A stretch of DNA of 63,395 bases, the filler included, from Collodictyon triciliatum (taxonomy: Eukaryota), in NCBI GenBank assembly GCA_043381765.1. It is 7 parts of 7 records of this genome, joined end to end, with 100 filler letters (N's around TTAATTAATTAA, not from the genome) between each part and the next. Parts side by side here need not be neighbours in the genome. Positions count along the whole stretch, not along the records: positions 1 to 24,364 come from JBHJMP010000226.1; 6 more parts are not named here. One strand, written 5' to 3'. Positions 1-14,500 of the stretch are shown here, piece after piece (the stretch's first letter is position 1; each line of letters starts with the position of its first letter). The translations under genes were made by a program, and so were the position numbers. The notes beneath the pieces were generated by a model, which saw nothing but the letters and a program-made list of their open reading frames with translations, searched no databases and was not told the DNA's origin.

Positions 1-1244
1 TGAGAAAAAAAGGGAAAGGAAATAAGAAAAGGAGAGAGAGAAAAAAAAAGAGAATTAAAAAAAAAAAAAACCATATAAAAAAAAAAAAAAAAAGGCCGGA
101 GAATCAACACCACAAAAAAAAAAAAAAATAAAAAAGGGGGGGGGGGGGGGGGGGGGGAAAGGGTTATTGTCAATATTATGCAATCACAGAAGATAAACCT
201 GCTTGATAGATTTCTTGGGTCATTACCTTGCAAAGAGATTGCACCAGGCCCAACCCTTCGTATTCGTGATGACAACCTAGCATAAGAATATGCATGTATT
301 TTCCCTCTGGCATTTCCGGCAAATGTGAAACTATGACAAGCGAAGCCAATTCAATAGGTATGTCGTGGGCAGCAAATAACTCGATCAATGATATATATAT
401 ATATATCATATGTTACGGTAAAATGTGAACGCCTTTACGTGTAAATTGTTTCCGTTTCGGAAAGAAACTATGGGAAAATGATATGATATTCAAGTGATTA
501 ACCGTCGTTTTCTTGCAGGATCCAGTCGCCATCTATGTGTAGTGGTTGATAACCTCTCTTGAGTCGTAACCTTGTTTGAAGCCTATGCATTATGACATCA
601 TAAGGGTAGAAGAGTCCCTCCGGGTCATCATCTTCCTCAGAGTCATCCTGGCCACCATCTATGCATATGCAAGTGGCAACCACCTTATGTGTTTCGATTT
701 TAAATAATAACAATAATAACAATAACAACAATAACNNNNNNNNNNNNNNNNNNNNNNNNNNNNNNNNNNNNNNNNNNNNNNNNNNNNNNNNNNNNNNNNN
801 NNNNNNNNNNNNNNNNNNNNNNNNNNNNNNNNNNNNNNNNNNNNNNNNNNNNNNNNNNNNNNNNNNNNNNNNNNNNNNNNNNNNNNNNNNNNNNNNNNNN
901 NNNNNNNNNNNNNNNNNNNNNNNNNNNNNNNNNNNNNNNNNNNNNNNNNNNNNNNNNNNNNNNNNNNNNNNNNNNNNNNNNNNNNNNNNNNNNNNNNNNN
1001 NNNNNNNNNNNNNNNNNNNNNNNNNNNNNNNNNNNNNNNNNNNNNNNNNNNNNNNNNNNNNNNNNNNNNNNNNNNNNNNNNNNNNNNNNNNNNNNNNNNN
1101 NNNNNNNNNNNNNNNNNNNNNNNNNNNNNNNNNNNNNNNNNNNNNNNNNNNNNNNNNNNNNNNNNNNNNNNNNNNNNNNNNNNNNNNNNNNNNNNNNNNN
1201 NNNNNNNNNNNNNNNNNNNNNNNNNNNNNNNATAACATAGAAAC

Positions 1245-4463
<3,219 letters not shown>

Positions 4464-4690
4464 TGTTCTTGTCGAGGCCCCTCCTTCTTTCTTTTCCTTG
4501 TGTTCTGCGGTTTTGCTGCGGGATATGAGCGGATGGTTTTTGTTGGGAAGGGATTTACTGTGGATTTTATTTTCCAAAATAAGATATGATGACAAGCTGG
4601 TATTCGGTGGTAGAGGCTGGAAGTTGGCGTATTGGTGGCTCGGTTTATTTGTCTCAGGAGAAAGGGAGTTTGCGAAAGACACACGGGCGA

Positions 4691-5852
4691 CTATACATTC
4701 GAGTATTTCGGAAGCATGTCAAAAATCTGCGTGATAATATCCCGAATGGATAGAAAACAAGTTCGAATATATACATAATCATTTTGTTAGATAATATCAG
4801 TGGAAATGCAAATTCTGCGTACCCCCTTTTCTCTTTTCCTTTTCCTTTCTTTTCTATGTGCATGGGAGAATCATAATAAGGATGAAATGAGCGAATGAAG
4901 ACCTTTTTCATGACGGGTAGTTGCAAAATCGGACCGATTATGGGCAGCGTTCGTACGAAGTAGAGTGCGACAGGAACAAAATTGCTATGTGTACGATGTG
5001 ATTGCATCAATGGACACATCATCCCATCTCAGAAAATTTCCTTTGTGGTATTATACATGTATACAGATACACCAAACAAGTCGCTATGCGCTCGATAAGA
5101 ACTGCAAAGCATTCGACACCATCAACATTAGATAATTCGCGAAATTTGATGCAAGCAAGAAGCGGGGATACGAAGCGGATTGTATGATGGGGGTTGAGAG
5201 ATTACGTAAAGAAGTATACCCAAAGAGGTTGATGAAGCCAAACATTTCGATAACAAATCCTGTGATCGGATATCCAACCAGGACAAATAGAATGCCTGTG
5301 AAAAAGAAGATAGAGGCGCGTCTATTTTTCATCCACAGGAGTTGGATCGAACTCTGCACACCAAGAACGACAACGACACCGGACACAAAAAGGATCTGCA
5401 GGCAGGAAGACGGGGGAAAGTAAATGAGGAGCGCATGTATGGAAAGAAAAAAGAGGAATGGTGGTTGTAGCTATATTGTCATCCTTTTCTTCGAGTGTGA
5501 CTCACTGTGTAAGGAAAATGCGCCACATAAGACATATTGATTTAAGGCGGATAGGACAACAATATGTCAAGTATGTAACTGGTAAGAAGTGCATACGTTT
5601 CCAATACTCAGCAGCCCGCCATCAAAGAACAATAGAATTCCAAGAAGCGTGAACGCAACACCGAAGGCTGTAAGTCCGATTCCGACGCCTTTCGAGAGGT
5701 AAAACATGATTGGGATTGATGGGCACACGTTGCGCCGATGTTTTTATCCTCAACACGGAGAGATAATAGAATGAAAAGGAAAAGGAAAAGGAAAAGGAAA
5801 AGGAAAAGGAAGAGAGAGGAGTTTGACAATAATTACTTCTTTGATTATACAT
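4691..5852 (-). CDS. GOT1: Got1/GOLT1 vesicle transport protein, 5 exons
   Basis: [114 protein letters not shown]. All junctions are GT-AG and in frame. Confidence 0.93.
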
Positions 5853-5934
5853 CGTTGCTGGTTTCAAGTTACTCGGTTGGCTTGCTGGCGCTGTTTTCTG
5901 ATCTGTGAAAATAAGGTTATGAAAAGGAGAAAAG

Positions 5935-6456
5935 GAGAAAAAGAAAAAGAAAAAGAAAAAGAAAAAGAAAAAGAAAAAGAAAAAGAAAAAGAAAAAGAAA
6001 AAGAAAAAGAAAAAGAAAAGGAAAAAGAAAAAGAAAAAGAAAAAGAAAAAGAAAAGGAAAAAGAAAAAGAAAAAGAAAAAGAAAAAAATCGAAGCAATTG
6101 GAGTAGAGCCTGTTTTCTTTAAACTCCATCGTTTTTTCCTCGGGGTGTCGCGTCACATATTCAAGAAAACACGAAATAAAAAAAACAAAAACAAAAACAA
6201 AAACAAAAACAAAAACAAAAAAAAACAAAAAAAACAAAAACAAAAACAAAAACAAAAAAACAGACGCTGTGCCACGTGTGTTTGTCCAGAAGCCAACCAG
6301 TCACTCCAGGAAAACAAACAAAAAAGAAAAAAAAACTACAGGGATCCACTCGAAACTGAGCGAAGGAAAGGAAAGGAAAGGAAAGGAAAGGAAAGGAAAG
6401 GAAAGGAAAGGAAAGGAAAGGGAAGGAAAGGAAAGGAAAGGAAAGGAAAGGGAAGG
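5935..6456. repeat. Intergenic purine-rich microsatellites (GAAAAA)n, (AAAAAC)n and (GGAAA)n between GOT1 and RAD6
   Basis: Directly visible. Confidence 0.95.
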
Positions 6457-6534
6457 GCAGGTGTGTTTGAGCGGGGCAATATTTTATTCAGGGCAACGGG
6501 TGCTTTGCGGGTGCGTGTTGCATCGGGTGGGTTT

Positions 6535-6666
6535 CTACGAGGAACTCGCGGCAGCCTCCTTCGACTCCACGGCCATCTCCTCCCCTTCGTCGCCTCCGTC
6601 CCTGCGTTCCACAGTCAGTTTGCGGTGCGTCATTAGAGAGGATTCGCGCAGGAAAAGAAAAAAAAG

Positions 6667-6732
<66 letters not shown>

Positions 6733-8181
6733 AAAAAAAGAAAAAAAGAAAAAAGAAAAAAGAAAAAAAAGAAAAAAAGAAAAAGAAAAGCAGAAACAAA
6801 ATGAACAGAAGGCTGGCGAACTCACCAACTCTTTTCTACCACTTCCTTGACCTAAATCATGCACAAAGAAAGCAAAGGTTGTGTGAGCATTACTCTTTCA
6901 ACCACTAATCCAGTTATTCTGACATGTGCAACTGGAAAATGAAGCGGAAAATGAAGCGGAAAGAAAAAAGGAAAGAAAAAAGGAAAGAAAAAAAGGAAAG
7001 AAAACAGGCTGAGCGATCCCCAAATCTACTCACTTTGAGCTCGTATTCGCGTCGGTTTTCTTGGTAAAGGCGGGCTGCTTCGTTGTTCGCGGGTGAGTTT
7101 GGATTTGGGTCGCTCAGCAGGCTTTGTATGGATGTGAGGATCGCGGCCACGTCGTAAATGGGCGTCCACTGGTTTTGCAGAATGTCGAGACAGATGGAGC
7201 CGTCTGCGTAGACTGATATTCGTACATGCGAAGCGATGAGATCATATTATAGCTTTTGGTCGGAGTTTGGCGAGAATGGCAAATGGAGCAGAGAAATCAA
7301 GCATGTGTATGCCTTTTTTTTCTAACAGCAACTTGAAGAGCCTTGGTCGAATGTAGAAAGTATAGAGAAAAAGAAATCGGAATCATGGAAAGCATATCGC
7401 GATGTGGTGAATACAAGACTAAAAGAAATAGTGGGTAATATGAAGGATTGTGGGAGACGAAGCCAGATAGGGAAAATGAACATACTATTCGGGTGGAACA
7501 TCTTTGAGGTAAACTTCACAGTGGGTGGCTTGTTTGGATACTCCTCTGTGAAGTCAAGACGGAGGTGGAAAGTACCTTTTTTTTTTTTTTTTGGGAACGA
7601 AGTGTGAGCGATGAGCAAGTTAGAAGCGCACAAATCGTTTGAGTTGGGAAGGGTTGCATGTATGTACAAGGTTTCGAGTCAAGAACAAAAATTCATAGTT
7701 GTGAGTCAGCGTTGTACCGTCTTCCCATGGAGAGTCCTCTGGCCTACAGTAGTCATGAATATTGCAGATTTTAGTATTTGGCTCTCAAAAGAACTCGCGT
7801 GAAGGTGGAAGAATAATTCAGGAGCGGAGTTTTCTGACAGGATGAAAAGAGAGCTTAGTTGCTATTTTCTTTTCACATGTGGCTAGCTGCCCTTTGGTGG
7901 CAGTAATTAATCAACTCGAAGGAAAGAGAAGAAAAAAAAAAGTAAATGAAAATGAAAAGGTATAAAATTAGTGTCCAAAGAAGAATAGAAAAGAAAAACG
8001 AAGACGAAAGAAAAAAGTAGAAAGGAAAACAGAAAAGAAAAAAGAGAAATGCGTACCCGAATATGACTGCGTTCCACACCATGATATTGTTTTCTTGGGG
8101 AGCTCCGTTCACACCTTGTGGTGGATCTGTCTGGAATCGTCGAAAGTCACGCATCAGGCGTCTTCTGGCAGGTGTCGTCAT
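6535..8181 (-). CDS. RAD6: Ubiquitin-conjugating enzyme E2, RAD6/UBC2 (UBE2A/B-like), 6 exons, short acidic tail
   Basis: [170 protein letters not shown]. Confidence 0.97.
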
Positions 8182-8901
8182 TATCTATGCTCTGTGTGGG
8201 ATACTTCGGTGCTGTGAGTTGCGATCGGGATGTTTTGTTAGGCCGGGGTTTTATCTTCTCTTCCGTCCTTTGGTGGCTGAGCGCTACTTGGAGACGGGCT
8301 TCTAGAAGGAACAGATTTATTCAAGATTAACTGCTGCGGGTTTACACGCCAGGAATATCCAGAGCACAGCAGGGAGACGAAAGCTTCTGTCATTTTGGGT
8401 GCGCTTTTCGCCGCAAGGCTTTGGGAGAAGCAAATGCTGTGTTGTTGCTCTGCGTTGTTGGGTTATCTGCTTGGGTCGGGATCAACGCAGCCTGTGATTC
8501 TTGTGGGGATCGGCGCAGTTCGATCGCCTCCAGGTTTGGCTGCGGTTGGTGGCTGGTAGAGATGTCGTGTCCCGATCTTCGATGCGATATCCCAGCCGGT
8601 TTCTATTCTCTTCGCGACTAAGCTGTTTCACCGAATCATAGTGGGATTCGTTCATATACCAGTATATGCTACAATTTCCAGGTTTGTATAGTCAACATTC
8701 ACCCATATCTGAAAAGACTGTGGATTGGTGGATGTTGGTTCCAGAATCTTCTTGGGTGGACGATTGTGGAATTTATGGCATTTGTGCTTTTCATAGGAGC
8801 AGGCAAACGAAATGAAAAGTTTGTTGGTTCATAATGAATTGCGGTATGCTCCTGGATAGCTTCTCAACAACCCTTTTCTGCATGCAACAGCTTTCTTCTC
8901 A

Positions 8902-11040
8902 TCAGGACAGCTTAAATTTCTTCACTAGGTTATCAACCGACCGAACGAGGCACTCCGCGGCATTGCGAGAGAATCCTCCACTGGGTATCATCACAATTGG
9001 AACTCTGCGTTGGAAGGCACAATCGAAAACCATTTCATCGCGCTTGACAACACCAGGGATCGAGACTTTACAGAGGCCTTTTAAAAATAATAATAACAAC
9101 AATGATCGTGCACCAGAGGCAAGCGAAAAAGAACTTCAAGTTAGACTTTGCACACTTACAGAGAATCCATTTGAAAAATTCTCAAAAGTGAAAACACTTT
9201 ATTACATAGAGCCGATAATACTAATATAGTTTTGGTGACATCGTTTATCAACCTAATCTGTCCCCATCCAAGATGTCGACACCAGCGTTGTAGTAGATTA
9301 TATCTGGGTAAAAACTTTCAAATGCCTGAATTAAAAAAAAATATTGGTGCGTCAGCTGAGGTCAACTGCAAACGAAAAGAATTTCCAGAAGAAAACATCA
9401 TATTCAGGCACATTAAACGTATTGTAAATTGAAAAGTCAAATGAAAGGAAGAATTGGAACTGTCTTACATTCTTGAGGCCACATTCGATATGACCGAGAT
9501 ATTCTTCATCCCTAATACCAGTCCTAAACTCGATTTTCTGCAATTAAATCATGAGTTCTCTTTATATTTGCTTAATTTTTTTGTTTTTGTTTTTGTTTTT
9601 GTTTTTGTTTTTGTTTTTGTTTTTGTTTTTGTTTTTGTTTTTGTTTGTTTGTTTGTTTGTTTGTTTGTTTGTTTGTTTGTTTGTTTGTTTGTTTGTTTGT
9701 TTGTTTGTTTGTTTGTTTGTTTGTTTGTTTGTTTGTTTGTAGGCACACTTGTATACCAATGGACCTGCTTAATGGCCCTCTTTGCTTCCTCATCTCCAGG
9801 GTAAATTTGGTGATTATAAGCGTCGAGGATGTAGATACTGTCATCATTTAGCCATATTCTACCGAATCCATTCCCCTATAATTAAGATTTAAATATACTC
9901 GAATCCAAATCATCGGGTTATTCCAAAGATTATGTCAAAAAATTCTGAATATAATGTAAAGCTGAACGATAATGATTAAACCAGAATGCCTGATTATATA
10001 TATTTACACACCTGATGAACATCCAGGTCGATATACATAGCCTTCTTTAACTGGGGATATGCCATTTTCGCTAATTTCCATGACAGTGGTATGTCTGCAT
10101 GAAAGCAAATCCCACTGGCTCGGTCTGGTCCGCAGTGGTGATACCCTTTATATTTTCGCCACATCCAAAAAAAAATATGAATAGGTGGTCCATTGCTGGG
10201 AATATAATATTAAAAAAAAGCACGGTTGTTTTAGATGTAATATTTATTGTACGAAAGACTATGTGATGATGGTGTTAAATTTATGCGCATACCTCCACCG
10301 AGATTCAGTGCCCATTGCCTCTGCATTGCGTAATGAGTTGCCATTATAGTTCCTGAGCAAGCAATCTTGGATGGGAGCAATATCTGAGAAACGTACGACT
10401 TTTAAAACGTATTCGACTATCACAGGCATGCATTCGTTGTAAATGAGATAAATAGAGACGCACCTTCCGATCCAAAACAGAGAAAGGAATCAGTGAGAAT
10501 ATAAGTGATTCTGCTACTTGGGCAACCCCGCTTGAGGTCGAAATGTGACTCAAGTAGGCATCTGTATGAATCGTTGCAAAGTCCTGTTCGGTTGGCACTC
10601 CGGTCGTGCTCGGTATTTGATCTGCAGTAAATAGCCTAATGTTTGCGTATCTCATTGAACATGAAGCAGTTGGTGGCCAAAATATGCAAGAGCTGTTGGT
10701 AGATACAAAGGAGAGGATGAAGCTGACTTCAATTCGTTCACCAGTGCGTGCCACACGTTATGGAACTTCTTCAAATCGAAAGGCTGTAGTTTTTCCAGGC
10801 CTGAGGGAAAGTAGGAGACACAGACAGACAAAACCATTCGTCAAATAACAGGAATAGACTTTCTACAAACATAATTGCACAGAGAGGAGGCACATCATAT
10901 TGGGTTGTCCTTGGTCACTTTCTATGCTTACCCCAGAGCGTCACGTTGACAGCCGGGTGATATATTATGGGCACTTGCGTGTCTCCCAATGGCGCCCCGA
11001 ATCGGCTATAAAACTCGTTCGCGCTATCGTGCAAGCTCAT
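8902..11040 (-). CDS. HDAC11: HDAC11-like (class IV) histone deacetylase/deacylase, 9 exons
   Basis: VPIIYHPAVNVTLW|GLEKLQPFDLKKF..|..WALNLGG|GYHHCGPDRASGICFHADI..YIDLDVHQ|GNG..DAYNHQIYPGD..|..YYNAGVDILDGDRL|GLCKVSIPGVVKRDEMVF..VPIVMIPSGGFSR. GLEKLxPFD, NxGGGxHH, DLDxHQGNG and YNAGxD..GDxLG are HDAC11 signature motifs. Confidence 0.92.
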
Positions 11041-11581
11041 GGTCTTGCAAACCTATGTGTGTGTATGCAGAGAAGTAAAGAGTTTGCTGGTTATGCAAAC
11101 GTCAGACGTATACCTGCGATGCATCCGTTGCGTGTTGTCAGGCTCTACTCCGAAGTCGGCGAGACTGGTGTCCAACGAAGACAGCGAGCGGAGGTTTGAC
11201 GAAAGAGGAACAACATAGCTATTTCTGGAATATAAATATAAATGATCAATTAGTGCAAGTCATGTTCATATAACCACTCTGCAGCTGATACTATCCATCA
11301 ATAATATATTTTAATACGGTAAGATAGTTGTGATTGAAAATACAAAATTTCAAACACACTTTTTTGCAACAGATCGTGAGGAAAGCTAAGGATCACGCGG
11401 TTGGAGGAATCAACGCTGCAAACACGATCGAGTCCGATGGATTTCGCTGCTTGGCCAGTTCTTGCCAGAGGACACTTTATCATCCAAAGGGTTAGTAAAC
11501 CGGATGAAGGGAGAGGAAGCTTCATGCAAGCTCACTTCATGACTCTGTACAATTCACAGAAGCTTTGGGATTCCATAAAGC
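11041..11581. promoter_or_regulatory. Probable bidirectional promoter between the head-to-head HDAC11-like and CEP162-like genes
   Basis: Divergent ATGs at 11040 (-) and 11582 (+), about 540 bp apart. Inferred from gene geometry only. Confidence 0.45.
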
Positions 11582-14500
11582 ATGTCGCGCGGACGAGGAA
11601 CCGGCCTGCTTTCCTCCTCGGCGTCAAGAAAATCTATGGATGAGCTGCTTTCGGGTGTCCGGTTCAGTCGGCAGACTTCCATGCGAAGGACTGAAACGCA
11701 GCATTCAGGCGCACATGTTTGCAATCATGACTCTTTAAACTATTCTCCTTTCTATTCGCTATCTTGTGTTTCGTTCTGACCTTTGTTCTATCGATATCGT
11801 CAAAAATATTGAGGTTGTACTTATCACTTTTTTTTTTTTTTTACTATTATTGATTTTATTTCCTGCTTTTCACGTTAAGTCTAATGAACGTAATTATCTG
11901 CTCAAATCCTCGCGTTTATCTGGGTGTTCAGTGCCTCTGTACTCAACTATCTTGACTGTGTATAGTCCAATCGGATCTCTGGGGATATGGACTCCTTCAT
12001 GAACGACCTTTCTTCAGATGATGACCAGCCCAAAGGACGCCCCGTAGCAAAAAGTTTGTGGAGTTTTGTGGCGATGTATTCAAAAAAATCAGACACCAAG
12101 ATGGGAAGCTGTATCGTAAAAATGCGATGGCGATGACCTTGAAAGAATGTGTTTGGAATTCTAATGGATTTTACTTTTTAGCTATGTTTTTTTCTATTAT
12201 ATTCTATTTTATCCCATTTTAAAACACAATTTAATGCTATTCCAGAAACAACCTCAAATGTGCGAACATCACTCAGTTCTACAGGCCGTAGTCAATCATC
12301 TGCACAAAGGTTCATCTTCCTTATTCTCTTCATGTATACATCATAGCAAATGTTTTTACATTTTAATGCGACGGTGATTTTTTTCTTGTTCTTGGTAAAT
12401 AGATACTCTACTTCCATCTTCTGCATTTTTAAAATAACAAACTTAAACCAGAGACAGCAACTGGTGGCTGAAAGGCGATGGTGATGAGGATGAAGAAGAC
12501 TTGAAGCCAAAGCCCTTCTCGTCGGGACAGGTGACAGGTGCTAAGCAGCGACCTGGTGCATCTGCTACATCCACAGCGCAATCCACACGATTTTCGGGGT
12601 CTATGTCTTCAACTATGTATAAATACTCATCTTCTAGAATATCACACAATCGTCACCCATTTTGTAATACACTATTCAATCATTTTTATTGAACACAAAG
12701 TAAAATATTTGAGTACTATGATTGAACCTGATTTATTTCATGCAATAAAAAATAAAGAAGGAAAGCAAAACAATCCAATTTCAGTGATAGGTATGGCAAT
12801 ATCCTTATATCAATAAAGCCTATCCATTCAACATCAAACAGCACAAATTACAAGTTTTCATGACCAATTCGATAAAAATCTTTATTCCAATTCTTCTACA
12901 CTAATTTTTTTTATCAAATGAACCATAGTGACGATTCAACATTAGAGCCGAAAAATGCCGCCCAGACATCATTTAATGCTAGTGATGATGAAATGGCTCC
13001 AGAAGTAAGCAAGTTCCAATCTAAGCAAGGCACGTCCCGATTCCCCAAGGTATTCCAGATTTACTTTCTTTCAATATCTTCAGAAATTATTTGCCACTAT
13101 TTTATGTTGATTCCCATCATCAGACCAAATATATGATGATAAATCTGAATTATTTTTGAAAAGTGCACTTGGAATTTAAAAAATTATCTTTTCCTTCACT
13201 TTGATACCGACAGGACCCGATTCCAAAGCATGGTGGAAATAAATACATTAGCAATAAAAGCTTTGACGAGAATGAAATATCAGTGGATTCTTCTTCGGAT
13301 ATGTCCACCAACAAGTACTCTATTTTTTTCCTTACAGACTAGGACTCGCCAATGGTTTAAGACTAAATATATTGCTCGATATCTAAGGTGTTCACTACAT
13401 TGTACACCTAAAAGTCTCAGCTTGAAACATTTGGTATTAAGTACTGACTGTTTCAAATTACCATCTCAAATGACCATAATTACCATCAGACCACCCCGTC
13501 CTAATATATCCACCCGCTCTTCTCTCACTGCGACGGGAAGTCGTCCATCTTTTTTGCAAAAACCATCACTGCTGGACGATGCTTCAAAAATATCCTTGAC
13601 TATTTCAAAGTCTGAATTTTCTCATGGAAGAACACAAAATGAGTCAAGTATATCTGCATTATCCTCGGAATCCACATTAGAACCCGTTCATCCCAAGAAG
13701 GTCATCAAATTGTCCATTTTTTTCCTTGGCACGATCTATCATTCGTTGTGATAAGTGTAAATCAGTTTTGATTTAGCATTTATTTGATTTGGTCTATATA
13801 ATTATACACCTCAATTCTTTAAGCTCTGTGCGAACTGTCACTTTAAATTGGATATCATAAAAAAAACTCTAATTTTTGAATATTTTATAAAATGTAAAAT
13901 AACTAGAAAACAATTACGCCTATAACTTACCAGTTGTAAAAATATAAATAATCAGGCCAATGATTTCCCGGAATCATCTCTCGATGTAACTGATGATGAA
14001 ATGAGTGGATTTAAAGCCAAGGTTCATTTCTTGACGTATCGATATCTGAGACCCATGCACATGAATTGTATTTTACCCCTGAAGTCATATCCGATCGATA
14101 TATTACCTCATTTCATTTCAAAATTTAATCGCCATTAAAAAGAGTGCAGTCCAGCAACCCTACGCATATAAAAAGCAAACGTAATTACCTTTCTTCAAAC
14201 AAGATGCGTGATTGATGAGTATCTTTTATTAGTATCATATGTTATATGGTCAGTCAATTTCTCTTTCCTCATAAGCATCATATTAGCGAGCCCAATTCAT
14301 TCGACTCTCCTGTCGGTTCTGCAGGGGGGCATGGCTCTGAAGATTTTGATGCATTTCCTAACTCAAATACAGATGTACTTAGTTCATATAGAATATTTCT
14401 GAGACTCCATACGCATTTTTCATTTATTTCCCAATATATGTAGCATAATCAAGTTTATAGGTGTTCAAACATCACTGTTTCACCCACCCTTGTAATTCAG

